From NCBI GenBank assembly GCA_022509205.1, contig JAFLTR010000003.1:13151-77150 (forward strand): DNA of 64,000 bases, in the 5' to 3' direction. Source of the stretch: Muribaculaceae bacterium. GTDB taxonomy: Bacteria; Bacteroidota; Bacteroidia; Bacteroidales; Muribaculaceae. The translations under genes were made by a program, and so were the position numbers. Of the stretch, positions 47,769 to 58,763 are shown piece after piece; the first letter of the stretch is position 1, and every line of letters starts with the position of its first letter. The notes below the pieces were generated by a model. The model worked only from the letters and a program-made list of their open reading frames with translations. It had not been told where the DNA came from and made no database searches.

Positions 47769-50700
47769 ATGAAATTAGCAGAAGCACAGAAACTCTTTGC
47801 CACCGATCCTCGTGTCAGTGCAGTGATATCATCCTTGAACGACAAGGATTTGCGTCGCATTGCTTTGACAGGACTGCATGGCAGTGCGGCTGCTATGTTG
47901 TTTGCTTCCCTACCTCCGAGGAAAAGCCCTTATTTAATAGTGGCAGATGATTTCGACAGTGCGGGATATATTTATCACGACCTGTGCCAGATTGTCGGTG
48001 AAGAAAATGTGGGCATTTTTCCAAGTGGATATCGCCGCGACATCAAATATGGTCAGCCCGATCCTCCCTCCCAGATTCTACGCACGGAAACCCTTGACGC
48101 CTGGAAAAAGAAGGATCATCCCGTATGGGTGGTGACATCCCCTGAAGCCCTTGCTGAGAAAGTGCCTGCCGGCGATAAACTGGCGGAAAACACAATCACA
48201 CTCTCTGTTGGTAAAGAGACGGATATGGATAAGGTGAAAATCCGTCTCCGCGAACTCGGATTCAGGGAAACAGACTATGTCTATGAACCCGGGCAGTTTG
48301 CCGTGAGAGGTTCTATTCTTGATGTCTATTCATTCTCCGGAGAACTCCCTTACCGCATCGACTTCTTCGACGATGAGATAGATTCTATCCGGATTTTTGA
48401 TGTGGAGACCCAGCTTTCTCGCCAAAAAGTGGATAGCATCTCGATTGTGGCAACCGATCTCGTGGATAAAGATTCCGACGGAATAAGTCTTTTGGAATTT
48501 GCCGGCGATGACTGTGTTGTGATAGCTCAGTCGGTAGACTGGCTCGAGAAAAGAGTCGTGGCAATCACCAATGAAACTATGTCTTCGGCAGTAGGTATCA
48601 CCGGAGAAGGAGACTCCGATGCCCTCAGCAAAACTGTGGATCCTCTCGATTTTATCAAACGGCTCCACGAACTCAAGCAAGTGGAATTCGGCAACGGAGC
48701 GGGAGATGCAGTCACGTTCAAAGCCGACGCTAAAATAAACTTCGACACTTCTCTTCAGGCTCTTTATCATAAAAATTTCGAGCTCATCTCCAAATCTTTC
48801 AAGGAGTTTATCGAAAAGGGCTACAAGATTCTAATACTAAGTGACACTCCTTTCCAGAACGAGCGGCTTAAGGCGATTTTTCAAGACAGGGGAGACAACA
48901 TTCCTTTCATCCCGGTAGACCGGACGATTCATGAAGGCTTCGCCGACCACGACAATAAGATCTGTTTCTTCACCGACCATCAGATTTTCGACCGCTTCCA
49001 TAAATATAATCTTAAGAGCGATCGCGCACGTGGAGGGAAACTTGCACTCTCATTAAAGGAGCTTAGCCAGATTGAAACCGGAGATTTCATAGTGCACGTC
49101 GACCATGGTATCGCTCGGTTTGGCGGCCTGATAAAGACGGATGTCAACGGCAGACCCCAGGAAATGCTCAAACTCTATTTTCAGAACGACGACCTGGTGC
49201 TCGTGAGCATTCATGCTCTCCATAAACTTTCCAAATATCGGGGCAAAGACGGCATACCTCCAAAAATCAGCAAACTCGGTTCCGGTGCCTGGGAAAAACT
49301 CAAGGAGCGCACGAAGTCGAAGATGAAGGATATCGCGCGCGACCTTATAAAACTTTATGCTGAGCGTCGCAGGCAAAAGGGATACGCCTATGCTCCGGAC
49401 TCCTATCTTCAACATGAACTCGAAGCCAGCTTCATATATGAAGACACACCCGACCAGACCAAGGCGATGACGGACGTGAAAGCGGATATGGAAAGCGACC
49501 GCCCGATGGACCGACTAATATGTGGTGATGTTGGCTTCGGTAAGACCGAGATTGCCATACGTGCCGCCTTCAAGGCCGCTGCCGACAGTAAACAAACAGC
49601 AGTACTTGTGCCGACCACTGTACTTGCTATGCAGCATTACCACACTTTCTCGGAGCGCCTAAAGGACCTCCCTGTCAGAGTGGAATTCATTTCCAGGGCA
49701 AAGAAACCTAAGGAGGTGAAACAGATTCTTGCCGACCTCGAGGAGGGGAAAGTTGATATCCTTGTGGGCACTCACAAACTTATCGGCAAAGATGTGAAAT
49801 TCAAAGACCTCGGACTGCTCATAGTCGATGAAGAACAGAAGTTCGGTGTGGCTGTGAAAGAGAAACTCCGGCAGATGAAGACCAATGTCGACACGCTGAC
49901 CATGAGCGCTACTCCGATACCCCGTACACTCCAGTTCTCTCTTATGGGAGCACGCGACCTGTCGGCGCTGAATACTCCTCCTGCCAACCGCAGACCGATT
50001 GAAACCAATGTCTCATCATTCGACGACGATGTAATAAAGGAGGCTATCGAATTCGAGATCAGCCGCAACGGTCAGGTTTTCTTCATATCAAACCGAATTG
50101 AAAACCTCGCCACAATAGAAAATGCAATCCGACGGCTCGTTCCGGGAGTGAGGGTGGTGACGGCCCATGGTCAGATGCCTCCCGAGAAGATTGAAAAGGC
50201 CATTCTTGATTTCGCAGCCCACGACTACGACGTGTTGCTCTCCACTACGATAGTGGAAAACGGCATCGACATGCCGAATGTCAATACCATTCTCATCAAC
50301 AATGCCCACACTTTCGGTCTGAGCGAACTCCATCAGCTAAGGGGCCGGGTGGGGCGAAGCAACCGCAAGGCGTTCTGCTATCTTTTAGTGCCACCGGGGA
50401 ATCCGCTCACTCCTGTAGCACGAAGGCGTCTGCAGGCCATCGAGAATTTCAGCGACCTCGGTAGCGGCATACATATCGCGATGCAAGACCTCGACATCAG
50501 AGGAGCCGGAAATCTTCTGGGAGCCGAACAGAGTGGATTTATCGCCGACCTCGGATATGAAACCTATCAGAAAATACTCAAGGAATCAGTATTCGAGCTC
50601 AAGACCGAAGAATTCCCCGATGAATTTGAAGATATAACGGGTAAGGATGAGGAGTATGTCTCCGATTGCACTATAGAGAGCGATCTTGAACTACGGTTGC

Positions 50701-51122
50701 CCCCTGAGTATGTGCCTCAGGAGAGCGAACGCATACTTCTTTATCAACAACTCGACAATATGGAGAAACCGGAGCAGACGGAAGAGTTCCGCGCCAACCT
50801 TCGCGACCGTTTCGGACCCATACCGGAAATCTCAGAGGAGCTTATTAAGGTTGTGGCTCTCCGAATGTCCGCCCGCCGTCTCGGCATCGAGCGCCTTGTG
50901 CTCAAAAACGGCTCCATGCGTATCTTCTTTGTAGGAGCTGACAACAAAGCCTATTATAACAGCGCCGCTTTCGGGCGTGTGCTCGCATACGTGCAGGCTC
51001 ATCCCCGACAGTGTGAGCTCCGTGATGTCAAAGGGAAAAATTCAATACTAATCTCCGATGTGCCATCAGTGTCGGCTGCTCTGGATGTCCTTAAGGAGAT
51101 TGAAGCTTCAAAACCTCTATAA
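47769..51122 (+). CDS. mfd: Transcription-repair coupling factor
   Basis: PGQFAVRG, CarD-like VHVDHG, CGDVGFGKTE, DEEQKFG, QLRGRVGR, TRCF C-terminus. Confidence 0.97.
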   Translation: MKLAEAQKLFATDPRVSAVISSLNDKDLRRIALTGLHGSAAAMLFASLPPRKSPYLIVADDFDSAGYIYHDLCQIVGEENVGIFPSGYRRDIKYGQPDPPSQILRTETLDAWKKKDHPVWVVTSPEALAEKVPAGDKLAENTITLSVGKETDMDKVKIRLRELGFRETDYVYEPGQFAVRGSILDVYSFSGELPYRIDFFDDEIDSIRIFDVETQLSRQKVDSISIVATDLVDKDSDGISLLEFAGDDCVVIAQSVDWLEKRVVAITNETMSSAVGITGEGDSDALSKTVDPLDFIKRLHELKQVEFGNGAGDAVTFKADAKINFDTSLQALYHKNFELISKSFKEFIEKGYKILILSDTPFQNERLKAIFQDRGDNIPFIPVDRTIHEGFADHDNKICFFTDHQIFDRFHKYNLKSDRARGGKLALSLKELSQIETGDFIVHVDHGIARFGGLIKTDVNGRPQEMLKLYFQNDDLVLVSIHALHKLSKYRGKDGIPPKISKLGSGAWEKLKERTKSKMKDIARDLIKLYAERRRQKGYAYAPDSYLQHELEASFIYEDTPDQTKAMTDVKADMESDRPMDRLICGDVGFGKTEIAIRAAFKAAADSKQTAVLVPTTVLAMQHYHTFSERLKDLPVRVEFISRAKKPKEVKQILADLEEGKVDILVGTHKLIGKDVKFKDLGLLIVDEEQKFGVAVKEKLRQMKTNVDTLTMSATPIPRTLQFSLMGARDLSALNTPPANRRPIETNVSSFDDDVIKEAIEFEISRNGQVFFISNRIENLATIENAIRRLVPGVRVVTAHGQMPPEKIEKAILDFAAHDYDVLLSTTIVENGIDMPNVNTILINNAHTFGLSELHQLRGRVGRSNRKAFCYLLVPPGNPLTPVARRRLQAIENFSDLGSGIHIAMQDLDIRGAGNLLGAEQSGFIADLGYETYQKILKESVFELKTEEFPDEFEDITGKDEEYVSDCTIESDLELRLPPEYVPQESERILLYQQLDNMEKPEQTEEFRANLRDRFGPIPEISEELIKVVALRMSARRLGIERLVLKNGSMRIFFVGADNKAYYNSAAFGRVLAYVQAHPRQCELRDVKGKNSILISDVPSVSAALDVLKEIEASKPL

Positions 51123-51133
51123 TCCTCAATGCA

Positions 51134-52024
51134 GTGGCTTATAATCTGATCGGGAAATATATCTGGATAATAGATACGCTGACAAAAAACCGTCGTCTTT
51201 CGAAATCGGAACTCAACAATCTCTGGATGAAATCGCAGATCTCGGGAGGGGAACCGATGCCTGAACGCACCTTCTTCCACTACAGGCGAAGCATCGAGGA
51301 AATATTCAATATCGAAATCAAATGCGACAGCAACCGTCGCTACTACATAGAATCCCCGCAGTCGGTAAGAAGCAATTCGCTCACCAACTGGCTGCTCGAC
51401 TCGATGGCGGTGAGCAACGCCATAAATGAAAACCAGCCCGGGGCCGACAGAATTGAGATAGAAGATGTGCCTTCGGCCCGGGAATTTCTCCCGCTGGTGC
51501 TTGAAGCCATCCGCGATTCTGTGAAATTATGTTTCACCTACGCAAGTTTCGCCCGTTCACGCGCAGAGACCAAAATCATGTTCCAGCCTTATTTCCTCAA
51601 GCGTTTCAAGCAGAGATGGTATATGATCGGGTTTCAGGAGAAGACCAAATCTATCCGCACCTATGCCCTCGACCGTATAAGGGAGATGCAACTTGTGCAG
51701 GAAAAATTTGAAATGCCGGGCACCATCACTATGCAGGAACTCTTCGGCAATATCGTAGGAGTGACCACCTCTCAGGCTCCGATCCGCACTGTCAAGCTCC
51801 GTTCCACTCCGACACAGGCCAAATATTTCCGGGCTCTCCCGCTCCACCCCTCCCAAACGGAGGAAATCCACGACAATTATTCAATTTTCACATATCAACT
51901 GCAGCTTAATTATGAGCTCGCTCATGAAATTCTCTCGCTTGGAGATGCCGTGAAAGTGCTTGAACCCCCTGAACTCCGTGCAATGGTGGTCACAGAACTC
52001 CAAAATGCACTTGCCCAATATTAA
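51134..52024 (+). CDS. WYL-domain transcriptional regulator (wHTH-WYL-WCX)
   Basis: KYIWIIDTL, RTFFHYR, PYFLKRFKQRWYMIG, YALDRI, PLHPSQ, VKVLEPPELR. Confidence 0.9.
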   Translation: MAYNLIGKYIWIIDTLTKNRRLSKSELNNLWMKSQISGGEPMPERTFFHYRRSIEEIFNIEIKCDSNRRYYIESPQSVRSNSLTNWLLDSMAVSNAINENQPGADRIEIEDVPSAREFLPLVLEAIRDSVKLCFTYASFARSRAETKIMFQPYFLKRFKQRWYMIGFQEKTKSIRTYALDRIREMQLVQEKFEMPGTITMQELFGNIVGVTTSQAPIRTVKLRSTPTQAKYFRALPLHPSQTEEIHDNYSIFTYQLQLNYELAHEILSLGDAVKVLEPPELRAMVVTELQNALAQY

Positions 52025-52044
52025 CGAAAAACCGCTTTCCCATA

Positions 52045-53091
52045 ATGCAAATTCAATCCTCCCATCGCATATCGCCCGGCGACTCGGTCCGCGATGCTAT
52101 GAAACAGCTAAACATGCTCTCCGGAGAGTCAATGACCCTCTTCGTCGTGGATGATGATGACAAAATACTTGGCACCGTCACGGATGGAGATATCCGGAGG
52201 TCTCTAATCGAAGGCGGAGAACTTAACGACAGAGTGGTGAAAGTGATGAACTCTCGCTTTCTCTTTGCGACCGGCATGGGCGACATTTCATTGAAAATGA
52301 CAGAGGGACGCAAAAGAAGGATAGAACTTCTGCCGGTGATCGCCGAAGGAAGATTGGTAGACATGATCGACCTTCGGAAGACTCGGGCCTGGCTGCCGGT
52401 AGAGGCCGTATTGATGGCCGGAGGGCGAGGTGAAAGACTGCGGCCTCTGACCGATGAGCTCCCTAAACCCCTCCTGCCTGTAGCCGGAAAAGCGATCATT
52501 GATTATAATATAGAGGAACTGGAGGCTTGTGGAATCCGAAAAATCCATGTGACTGTCAACTATCTGGGACATCTCATACGCCGGCATTTTGCCGATCGGG
52601 AGGGAATAGCAAAAGTAGACTGTGTGGAGGAACCAAAACGACTTGGCACATTCGGGAGTCTTGCCTACGTGGAAGGGATGGAAACTGATGACATCATAGT
52701 GATGAATTCCGATCTCCTTTCATCCATAGATTTCGAGGCGCTCTATATCCATCATAAGAAAGCCGGAAATGATTTCACGATAGCAGCCGTGCCCTATTCT
52801 GTGTCGGTGCCTTTCGCCATTATGCGGCTACAGGGCCAAAGGGTCAAATCGCTTGAAGAGAAGCCCACCTACAACTATTTTGCCAACGGTGGTGTTTATA
52901 TAATGCGACGTGAGTTAATCAGCCGTATCCCGAAAGGGGAATATCTTGATGCCCCGGATTTTATCATGGAACTTATCGAGGCCGGCAATAAAGTGGGCTC
53001 TTTCCATATCGATGGGACCTGGGTGGATATCGGCTCCCCCGATGACTACAGGCTGGCAAACGAACTCGCTTCGCGAACAATGTTGTCTTAG
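52045..53091 (+). CDS. CBS-pair + sugar-1-phosphate nucleotidyltransferase
   Basis: GTVTDGDIRR (CBS), MAGGRGERLRPLT..PKP, WVDIG. Confidence 0.88.
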   Translation: MQIQSSHRISPGDSVRDAMKQLNMLSGESMTLFVVDDDDKILGTVTDGDIRRSLIEGGELNDRVVKVMNSRFLFATGMGDISLKMTEGRKRRIELLPVIAEGRLVDMIDLRKTRAWLPVEAVLMAGGRGERLRPLTDELPKPLLPVAGKAIIDYNIEELEACGIRKIHVTVNYLGHLIRRHFADREGIAKVDCVEEPKRLGTFGSLAYVEGMETDDIIVMNSDLLSSIDFEALYIHHKKAGNDFTIAAVPYSVSVPFAIMRLQGQRVKSLEEKPTYNYFANGGVYIMRRELISRIPKGEYLDAPDFIMELIEAGNKVGSFHIDGTWVDIGSPDDYRLANELASRTMLS

Positions 53092-53139
53092 AACCTTTCT
53101 CCTGTTAACAATCAGCAAAAGAAAAACGAACAACCAGCC

Positions 53140-54306
53140 ATGGCAGATTCAAATTTTATTGACTATGTAAAGATAATGTGCCGGAGTGGTAAAGGAGGCG
53201 CCGGCAGCCGTCATTTCCATCGTGCCAAATATCTGCCCAAGGGAGGACCCGACGGCGGTAATGGCGGGAGAGGCGGTCATATAATCCTTAAAGGGAACAG
53301 AAATATGTGGACTCTGCTCCCACTTCGTTATCAGCGGCATATATTTGCCACTGACGGTGAACGCGGAGGAGAGAACCGCTCCACAGGTAAGGATGGTGAA
53401 GATCGTATAATCGAAGTGCCTGTTGGAACAGTTGTATTCGATGCCGATTCCGGCCAATATCTGTGTGAGGTCACAGAAGATGGTCAGGAGGTGAAACTCC
53501 TGCGCGGAGGCAAAGGAGGTCTCGGCAACTGGAATTTTGCAACAGCCACCAATCGTGCACCACGATATGCCCAACCGGGTCAGCCGGCAATCGAGAAAAC
53601 CGTGATTCTCGAACTGAAACTGCTCGGAGATGTCGGCCTCGTTGGTTTTCCGAACGCCGGGAAATCGACGCTTCTCTCAGCCATGTCTGCGGCAAAACCG
53701 AAAATCGGCGATTATCCTTTCACCACCATGGAACCGAGTCTCGGTATCGTAGACTATCGCGGCGATAAATCATTCGTGATGGCCGATATTCCGGGAATCA
53801 TTGAAGGAGCAAGCGAGGGAAAAGGTATAGGCCTGAGATTTCTGCGCCATATCGAGAGGAACGCGGTGTTATTGTTCCTCATTCCGGCCGACAGTAACGA
53901 TATCAAGCGCGATTACGAAATCCTGCTGAATGAGCTCCGAGAATTCAATCCGGAACTCATTGACAAGAGCCGGGTGCTCGCCATATCCAAATCCGACCTG
54001 CTCGACGACGAGCTACGCGAAGAGATAGCAAAGGAATTGCCGGAAGGCATACCGACAGTTTTCATCTCAGCGGTGACGGGGCAGGGTCTGACAGAACTGA
54101 AAGACCTCCTCTGGCGGGAGATTAATTCAGACGATAACAAAGCCCGAACCACCATGACGCATCGCGACCTTGACATGAAATCAAGGGAACCCGAAGAGGA
54201 TGAATTCATCTTCCATCAGGATGACGATGACCTTGACGCCTATGAAGATGAAGAGATCGACTGGGACAATGATTTTTGGCAGGAAGAGGATAGCGTGAAT
54301 GGCTGA
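53140..54306 (+). CDS. obgE: GTPase ObgE/CgtA
   Basis: [35 protein letters not shown], acidic tail. Confidence 0.97.
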   Translation: MADSNFIDYVKIMCRSGKGGAGSRHFHRAKYLPKGGPDGGNGGRGGHIILKGNRNMWTLLPLRYQRHIFATDGERGGENRSTGKDGEDRIIEVPVGTVVFDADSGQYLCEVTEDGQEVKLLRGGKGGLGNWNFATATNRAPRYAQPGQPAIEKTVILELKLLGDVGLVGFPNAGKSTLLSAMSAAKPKIGDYPFTTMEPSLGIVDYRGDKSFVMADIPGIIEGASEGKGIGLRFLRHIERNAVLLFLIPADSNDIKRDYEILLNELREFNPELIDKSRVLAISKSDLLDDELREEIAKELPEGIPTVFISAVTGQGLTELKDLLWREINSDDNKARTTMTHRDLDMKSREPEEDEFIFHQDDDDLDAYEDEEIDWDNDFWQEEDSVNG

Positions 54307-55159
54307 GGAGATATTGCAGTTAGACATAAAGGGGATTCTTAAGGCCCGGATTCCAAAGGAGAAACTACGCTGGATCCCGTCGTTTCTGATATCCGGAGTG
54401 GAAAAACTCATACGCCAGAAAGAACTCAATGAAATTCTGAGGGCCACTCTTCCCTCTGAAGGTTCGGAATTTTCCCGCCGTGTGCTTGATTATCTGGATA
54501 TCAATGTGGAAGTGGAAGGTCTTCAGAACCTCAAGGATGGGGCACGATATATGTTCGCCTCCAACCATCCCTTGGGCGGACTCGACGGCATTGCGCTCAT
54601 CACTGTGCTCGGCAAGAAATATGGTGACGACAACATCCGTTTCCTTGTAAATGATCTCCTGATGAATGTCTTGCCACTCAAGGGATTGTTTCTGCCGGTC
54701 AATAAGTTCGGGAAACAGGCTCGTGAATATGCCGGGATAATCAATGAAAAGATAAATTCAGATTGCCAGATTTTCCAATTCCCGGCCGGGCTATGCTCTC
54801 GTCTGCAGCGTGGAGGAAAAATCGAGGATCTGGAATGGCAAAAATCCTTTGTAGCCAAAGCTATCGAATCGCAACGCGATATAGTGCCGGTGTATTTTGA
54901 AGGCCGGAATTCAATGAAATTCTATCGGACTGCCAAATGGCGGAAAAAGCTCGGCATCAAGTTCAATTTCGAGCAGATCCTCCTCCCCTCGGAGCTTTGT
55001 AAAGCACGCGGCAGCCGTTTCCGCATCATTTTCGGGAAGCCGATTCCCTGGCAGGAGCTAAAATCCTCCTCCCTTTCCCCGAAAGTACTTGCTGACCGGA
55101 TCCGTTCCGAAGCCTATGCGCTTGCATCCCCCTCTTGTTCCGGAGGGTCTGAAATGTAA
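54299..55159 (+). CDS. PlsC-superfamily acyltransferase (hemolysin/GlsA-like)
   Basis: NHPLGGLD (HxxxxD), [19 protein letters not shown]. Confidence 0.85.
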   Translation: MAEEILQLDIKGILKARIPKEKLRWIPSFLISGVEKLIRQKELNEILRATLPSEGSEFSRRVLDYLDINVEVEGLQNLKDGARYMFASNHPLGGLDGIALITVLGKKYGDDNIRFLVNDLLMNVLPLKGLFLPVNKFGKQAREYAGIINEKINSDCQIFQFPAGLCSRLQRGGKIEDLEWQKSFVAKAIESQRDIVPVYFEGRNSMKFYRTAKWRKKLGIKFNFEQILLPSELCKARGSRFRIIFGKPIPWQELKSSSLSPKVLADRIRSEAYALASPSCSGGSEM

Positions 55160-55169
55160 TCTTTATGTG

Positions 55170-55811
55170 ATGATTAGAAATATTATTTTCGATTTGGGCG
55201 GTGTGGTGATCGATCTCGACCGCCTTAAAGCCGTCGAAGCCTTGAAAAAATTGGGAGTCTCGGATGCCCCCGATCTTTTGGGAGAATATGCCCAGAAAGG
55301 CCCTTTCCTCAAGCTGGAAACCGGGGAGATATCCTCTTCCGAGTTCTATGACTTGTTATTGGCAAAATGTAATGAGGGCACCACCTGTACACGGATCAGG
55401 GATGCTTTTGAGGAATTTTTACTCGGGATTCCGCCCGAACGACTTGAAATGCTTGAGAAACTGAGACAGAAAGGATATGGGCTATATGTCCTTTCAAACA
55501 CAAACCCGGTGATGTATAATCATTGGATCGACCGCGAATTCAAAAAAGCGGGGAAATCCATCAATGATTATTTCGACGGTATTGTGGCTTCATTTCAGGA
55601 AGGAACGTGCAAACCGGATCCTGAAATCTTTAAAAGGGTCACCGATCGTTACTGTCTCGATCCCTCTGAAACAATCATGCTTGATGACTCGGCCACCAAT
55701 ATTAAGGCTGCTGAGTCCGTTGGCTTGAAAACCAACCTGATAGAAAAGGAGGGTCCGGATTCTTTCCTCTCCGTTTGTCAGCAACTGCTCGACGCCCCCT
55801 CGCTTGTATGA
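55170..55811 (+). CDS. HAD-family phosphatase (YihX-like)
   Basis: IIFDLGGV, LSNTN, KPDPEIF, LDD; start moved to 55170. Confidence 0.9.
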   Translation: MIRNIIFDLGGVVIDLDRLKAVEALKKLGVSDAPDLLGEYAQKGPFLKLETGEISSSEFYDLLLAKCNEGTTCTRIRDAFEEFLLGIPPERLEMLEKLRQKGYGLYVLSNTNPVMYNHWIDREFKKAGKSINDYFDGIVASFQEGTCKPDPEIFKRVTDRYCLDPSETIMLDDSATNIKAAESVGLKTNLIEKEGPDSFLSVCQQLLDAPSLV

Positions 55812-55824
55812 GAGCTTTATTAAT

Positions 55825-56742
55825 ATGAGACCCTTAAAGGAGACCGCGAAGCTGATAGATGAGTTTGAGGCCCATCTGTTGCTCGAAAAGGGATTGTCTG
55901 ACAACACTCAGACATCATACGGTTGCGATGTAAGACACCTGGCCGATTTCATGGAGGAAAGGGGAATAAGAGTCGAAGACCTTTCCCCCGACCATCTCCA
56001 TCAGTTTTTAGCCTTGGTTCATGATTTAGGCATCTCTCCTCGGTCTCAGGCAAGGATGATTTCCGGGATAAAAGCTTTTTTTAATTTCCTCATTCTCGAG
56101 AAATATATAGAAGAAAATCCGTGTGAGCTAATTGAGTCCCCTAAACTTAGCAGGGAATTGCCTGATGTATTGAGCGTTGAGGAGATCGACTCGATGATTG
56201 CCGCAATCCCTTCCGACAAGGATGAGAGTTTGCGCAACCATGCCATTATCGAGATGCTTTACGGTTCCGGGCTGCGGGTGTCAGAACTCGTGGAGGCCCG
56301 AATTTCCCGACTTGACCTCAAGCAACGACTTCTGATAGTGGAAGGGAAAGGAAGCAAGGAAAGACTCGTGCCGGTTTCACCCGTGGCAGCCGAGCTTGTG
56401 GAAGAATGGCTCCGGCAGCGCCGGACATGGAAAGAGAAACCAACCGGACAGGATATAATCTTTCTTAACCGGCGGGGTGCCCCCCTGACCCGCGTCATGA
56501 TTTTCTATATCATCAAACAGCTCGCTGAATTGGCCGGGATAAAGAAAAATGTGAGCCCTCACACTCTACGTCATTCCTTTGCAACCCATCTGCTGGAGGG
56601 AGGGGCCAATCTGCGTGCCATTCAGGAAATGCTCGGGCATGAATCTATAGCCACAACCGAATTATATCTGCATCTCGACAGGAGCCGATTGAGACGTGAG
56701 CTCCTCGACCACCACCCCCATTACTGTAAACCAAAAGGTTAA
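55825..56742 (+). CDS. xerD: Site-specific tyrosine recombinase XerD
   Basis: EKGLSDNT, LYGSGLRVSEL, GKGSKERLVP, SPHTLRHSFATHLLEGGA, LGH..IATTELY. Confidence 0.88.
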   Translation: MRPLKETAKLIDEFEAHLLLEKGLSDNTQTSYGCDVRHLADFMEERGIRVEDLSPDHLHQFLALVHDLGISPRSQARMISGIKAFFNFLILEKYIEENPCELIESPKLSRELPDVLSVEEIDSMIAAIPSDKDESLRNHAIIEMLYGSGLRVSELVEARISRLDLKQRLLIVEGKGSKERLVPVSPVAAELVEEWLRQRRTWKEKPTGQDIIFLNRRGAPLTRVMIFYIIKQLAELAGIKKNVSPHTLRHSFATHLLEGGANLRAIQEMLGHESIATTELYLHLDRSRLRRELLDHHPHYCKPKG

Positions 56743-56902
56743 GTCGCGCCATTGAAAAATCGGCAGCGACACGATGTGTAGATGCGTAATTTCTGATGTT
56801 AAAAGAGTTGTAAAAATGCTTGACAACTCAAAAACATAAGGTAATTTTACAAAAATTTTATCGTCTTAAATCTAACGCCAAAATAATTTATCGCATTCAA
56901 CG

Positions 56903-58750
56903 ATGTCACACGATACAAAGGTTAAAGAAATTAATAGAGTTGTGATCCGTTTTTCAGGAGATTCCGGCGACGGGATGCAACTTGTGGGCAACATTTTTTC
57001 AGACGTATCTGCCGCGGAGGGCAACAAGATATCCACCTTCCCTGATTATCCGGCTGAAATCCGTGCCCCGCAGGGATCACTCAGCGGTGTCTCAGGATTT
57101 CAGGTAAGTGTGGGCAAGGATGTCTACACACCCGGCGACAGTGCGGATGTGCTCGTGGCAATGAATCCTGCTGCTCTTAAAACAAACTTGAAATTCCTGA
57201 AACCCGGCGGTATCATCATCTGCGACCTGGATTCTTTCACGGAAGCTAATCTTAAGAAAGCGCTCTACACCACCGACGCTCCTATTCAGGAACTGGGCAT
57301 TTCCCCCGACAGGCTTATGCTTGTGCCGATGACGACCCTTCTGAAGAACACCCTTGCGGACTCCGGGCTCGACAACAAGAGCATCATGAAATGCAAGAAC
57401 ATGCTCGCCCTGGGGCTTATCTGCTGGCTCTTCGACCGCCCCGTTGACAAAGTGCTTGCGAAACTTAAGGCTAAATTCGCCAAGAAACCGGCAATATATG
57501 AAGCCAACGAGAAGGTGGTGCATGCCGGATGGGATTATGGCCACAACACCCATGCGGGATTGCCTACCTACAGAATAGAGTCGGATACAGCCACTCCCGG
57601 AGTCTACACAGACATCAACGGCAACACGGCCACCGCCTGGGGACTCATCATGGCTTCCGAAAAGAGCGGACGTCCTCTATTCTTAGGGTCTTATCCTATC
57701 ACACCTGCTACCGATATTCTTCATGAACTTGCCAAACGTAAGGATCTCGGAGTGAAAGCTTGCCAGATGGAAGATGAGATAGCCGGCGTTTGCTCGGCAA
57801 TCGGCGCTTCCTACGGAGGCCATCTCGCAGTGACCACGACTTCAGGACCCGGACTCGCTCTCAAGAGCGAGGGAATCGGGCTCGCTGTGATGGCTGAATT
57901 GCCTCTTGTAATCGTGGATGTGCAGAGGGGAGGTCCCTCCACCGGTCTGCCCACTAAAACCGAACAGACCGACCTTATGCAGGCCTTGTATGGCAGAAAC
58001 GGCGAAAGCCCTCTTTGTGTCGTAGCCGCCACAAGTCCCACCGACTGCTTCAACATGGCTTTTGAAGCGGCACGTATAGCTATCGAGCACATGACACCGG
58101 TGGTTCTGCTCACAGACGCTTTCATAGCCAACGGCTCATCCGCATGGCGAATTCCCGAGGAAAACGAATACCCGGACATAAAACCCCGCTTTGTCTCTAA
58201 AGACATGCTCGAGCAAGGTTGGAAACCTTTCGACCGGGACGAGACCTCCAAAGTGCGCTACTGGTCGATTCCAGGTACCGAAGGCGGAATGCACCGTGTA
58301 GGAGGACTTGAAAAAGATTATAACACTTCCGTGATCTCCACCGACGGGAAAAACCATGAACTTATGGTAAAGACCCGCCGGGAAAAAGTGGCAAGAATAG
58401 CCGACGACATACCATTGCTTGAGATTGAAGGTCAGCCGGACGCCGACACTATCCTCGTGGGATGGGGTGGCACCTACGGCCATCTGCTGTCGGCTTGCGC
58501 AGAACTGAATTCAGAAAATATCCCGGTGGCTCTCGCACAGTTCAGATATATCAACCCTCTTCCTGCCAATGCGCTCGAGGTTCTGAAGGGATATAAGAAT
58601 ATAATTGTGGCGGAGCTGAACACGGGAATGTTTGCCGATTATCTGCAGATGTATCTTCCCGGAAAGGAGATAATGCGTATAAACAAAATAGAGGGTCAGC
58701 CCTTTATGGTTGCCGAGATCACCGAAGGAGTCAGAAAACTAATCAAATAA
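56903..58750 (+). CDS. korA: 2-oxoacid:ferredoxin oxidoreductase alpha subunit
   Basis: GDSGDGMQ, YPAEIRAP, SYPITPAT, QMEDEIAG, QRGGPSTG. Confidence 0.9.
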   Translation: MSHDTKVKEINRVVIRFSGDSGDGMQLVGNIFSDVSAAEGNKISTFPDYPAEIRAPQGSLSGVSGFQVSVGKDVYTPGDSADVLVAMNPAALKTNLKFLKPGGIIICDLDSFTEANLKKALYTTDAPIQELGISPDRLMLVPMTTLLKNTLADSGLDNKSIMKCKNMLALGLICWLFDRPVDKVLAKLKAKFAKKPAIYEANEKVVHAGWDYGHNTHAGLPTYRIESDTATPGVYTDINGNTATAWGLIMASEKSGRPLFLGSYPITPATDILHELAKRKDLGVKACQMEDEIAGVCSAIGASYGGHLAVTTTSGPGLALKSEGIGLAVMAELPLVIVDVQRGGPSTGLPTKTEQTDLMQALYGRNGESPLCVVAATSPTDCFNMAFEAARIAIEHMTPVVLLTDAFIANGSSAWRIPEENEYPDIKPRFVSKDMLEQGWKPFDRDETSKVRYWSIPGTEGGMHRVGGLEKDYNTSVISTDGKNHELMVKTRREKVARIADDIPLLEIEGQPDADTILVGWGGTYGHLLSACAELNSENIPVALAQFRYINPLPANALEVLKGYKNIIVAELNTGMFADYLQMYLPGKEIMRINKIEGQPFMVAEITEGVRKLIK

Positions 58751-58763
58751 GGAGGGGAATAGA

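Noticed and set aside
55825-56742. Tyrosine recombinase as the integrase of a mobile element
   Set aside because: XerD-type length and motifs, embedded among core genes, no att-like repeats or cargo
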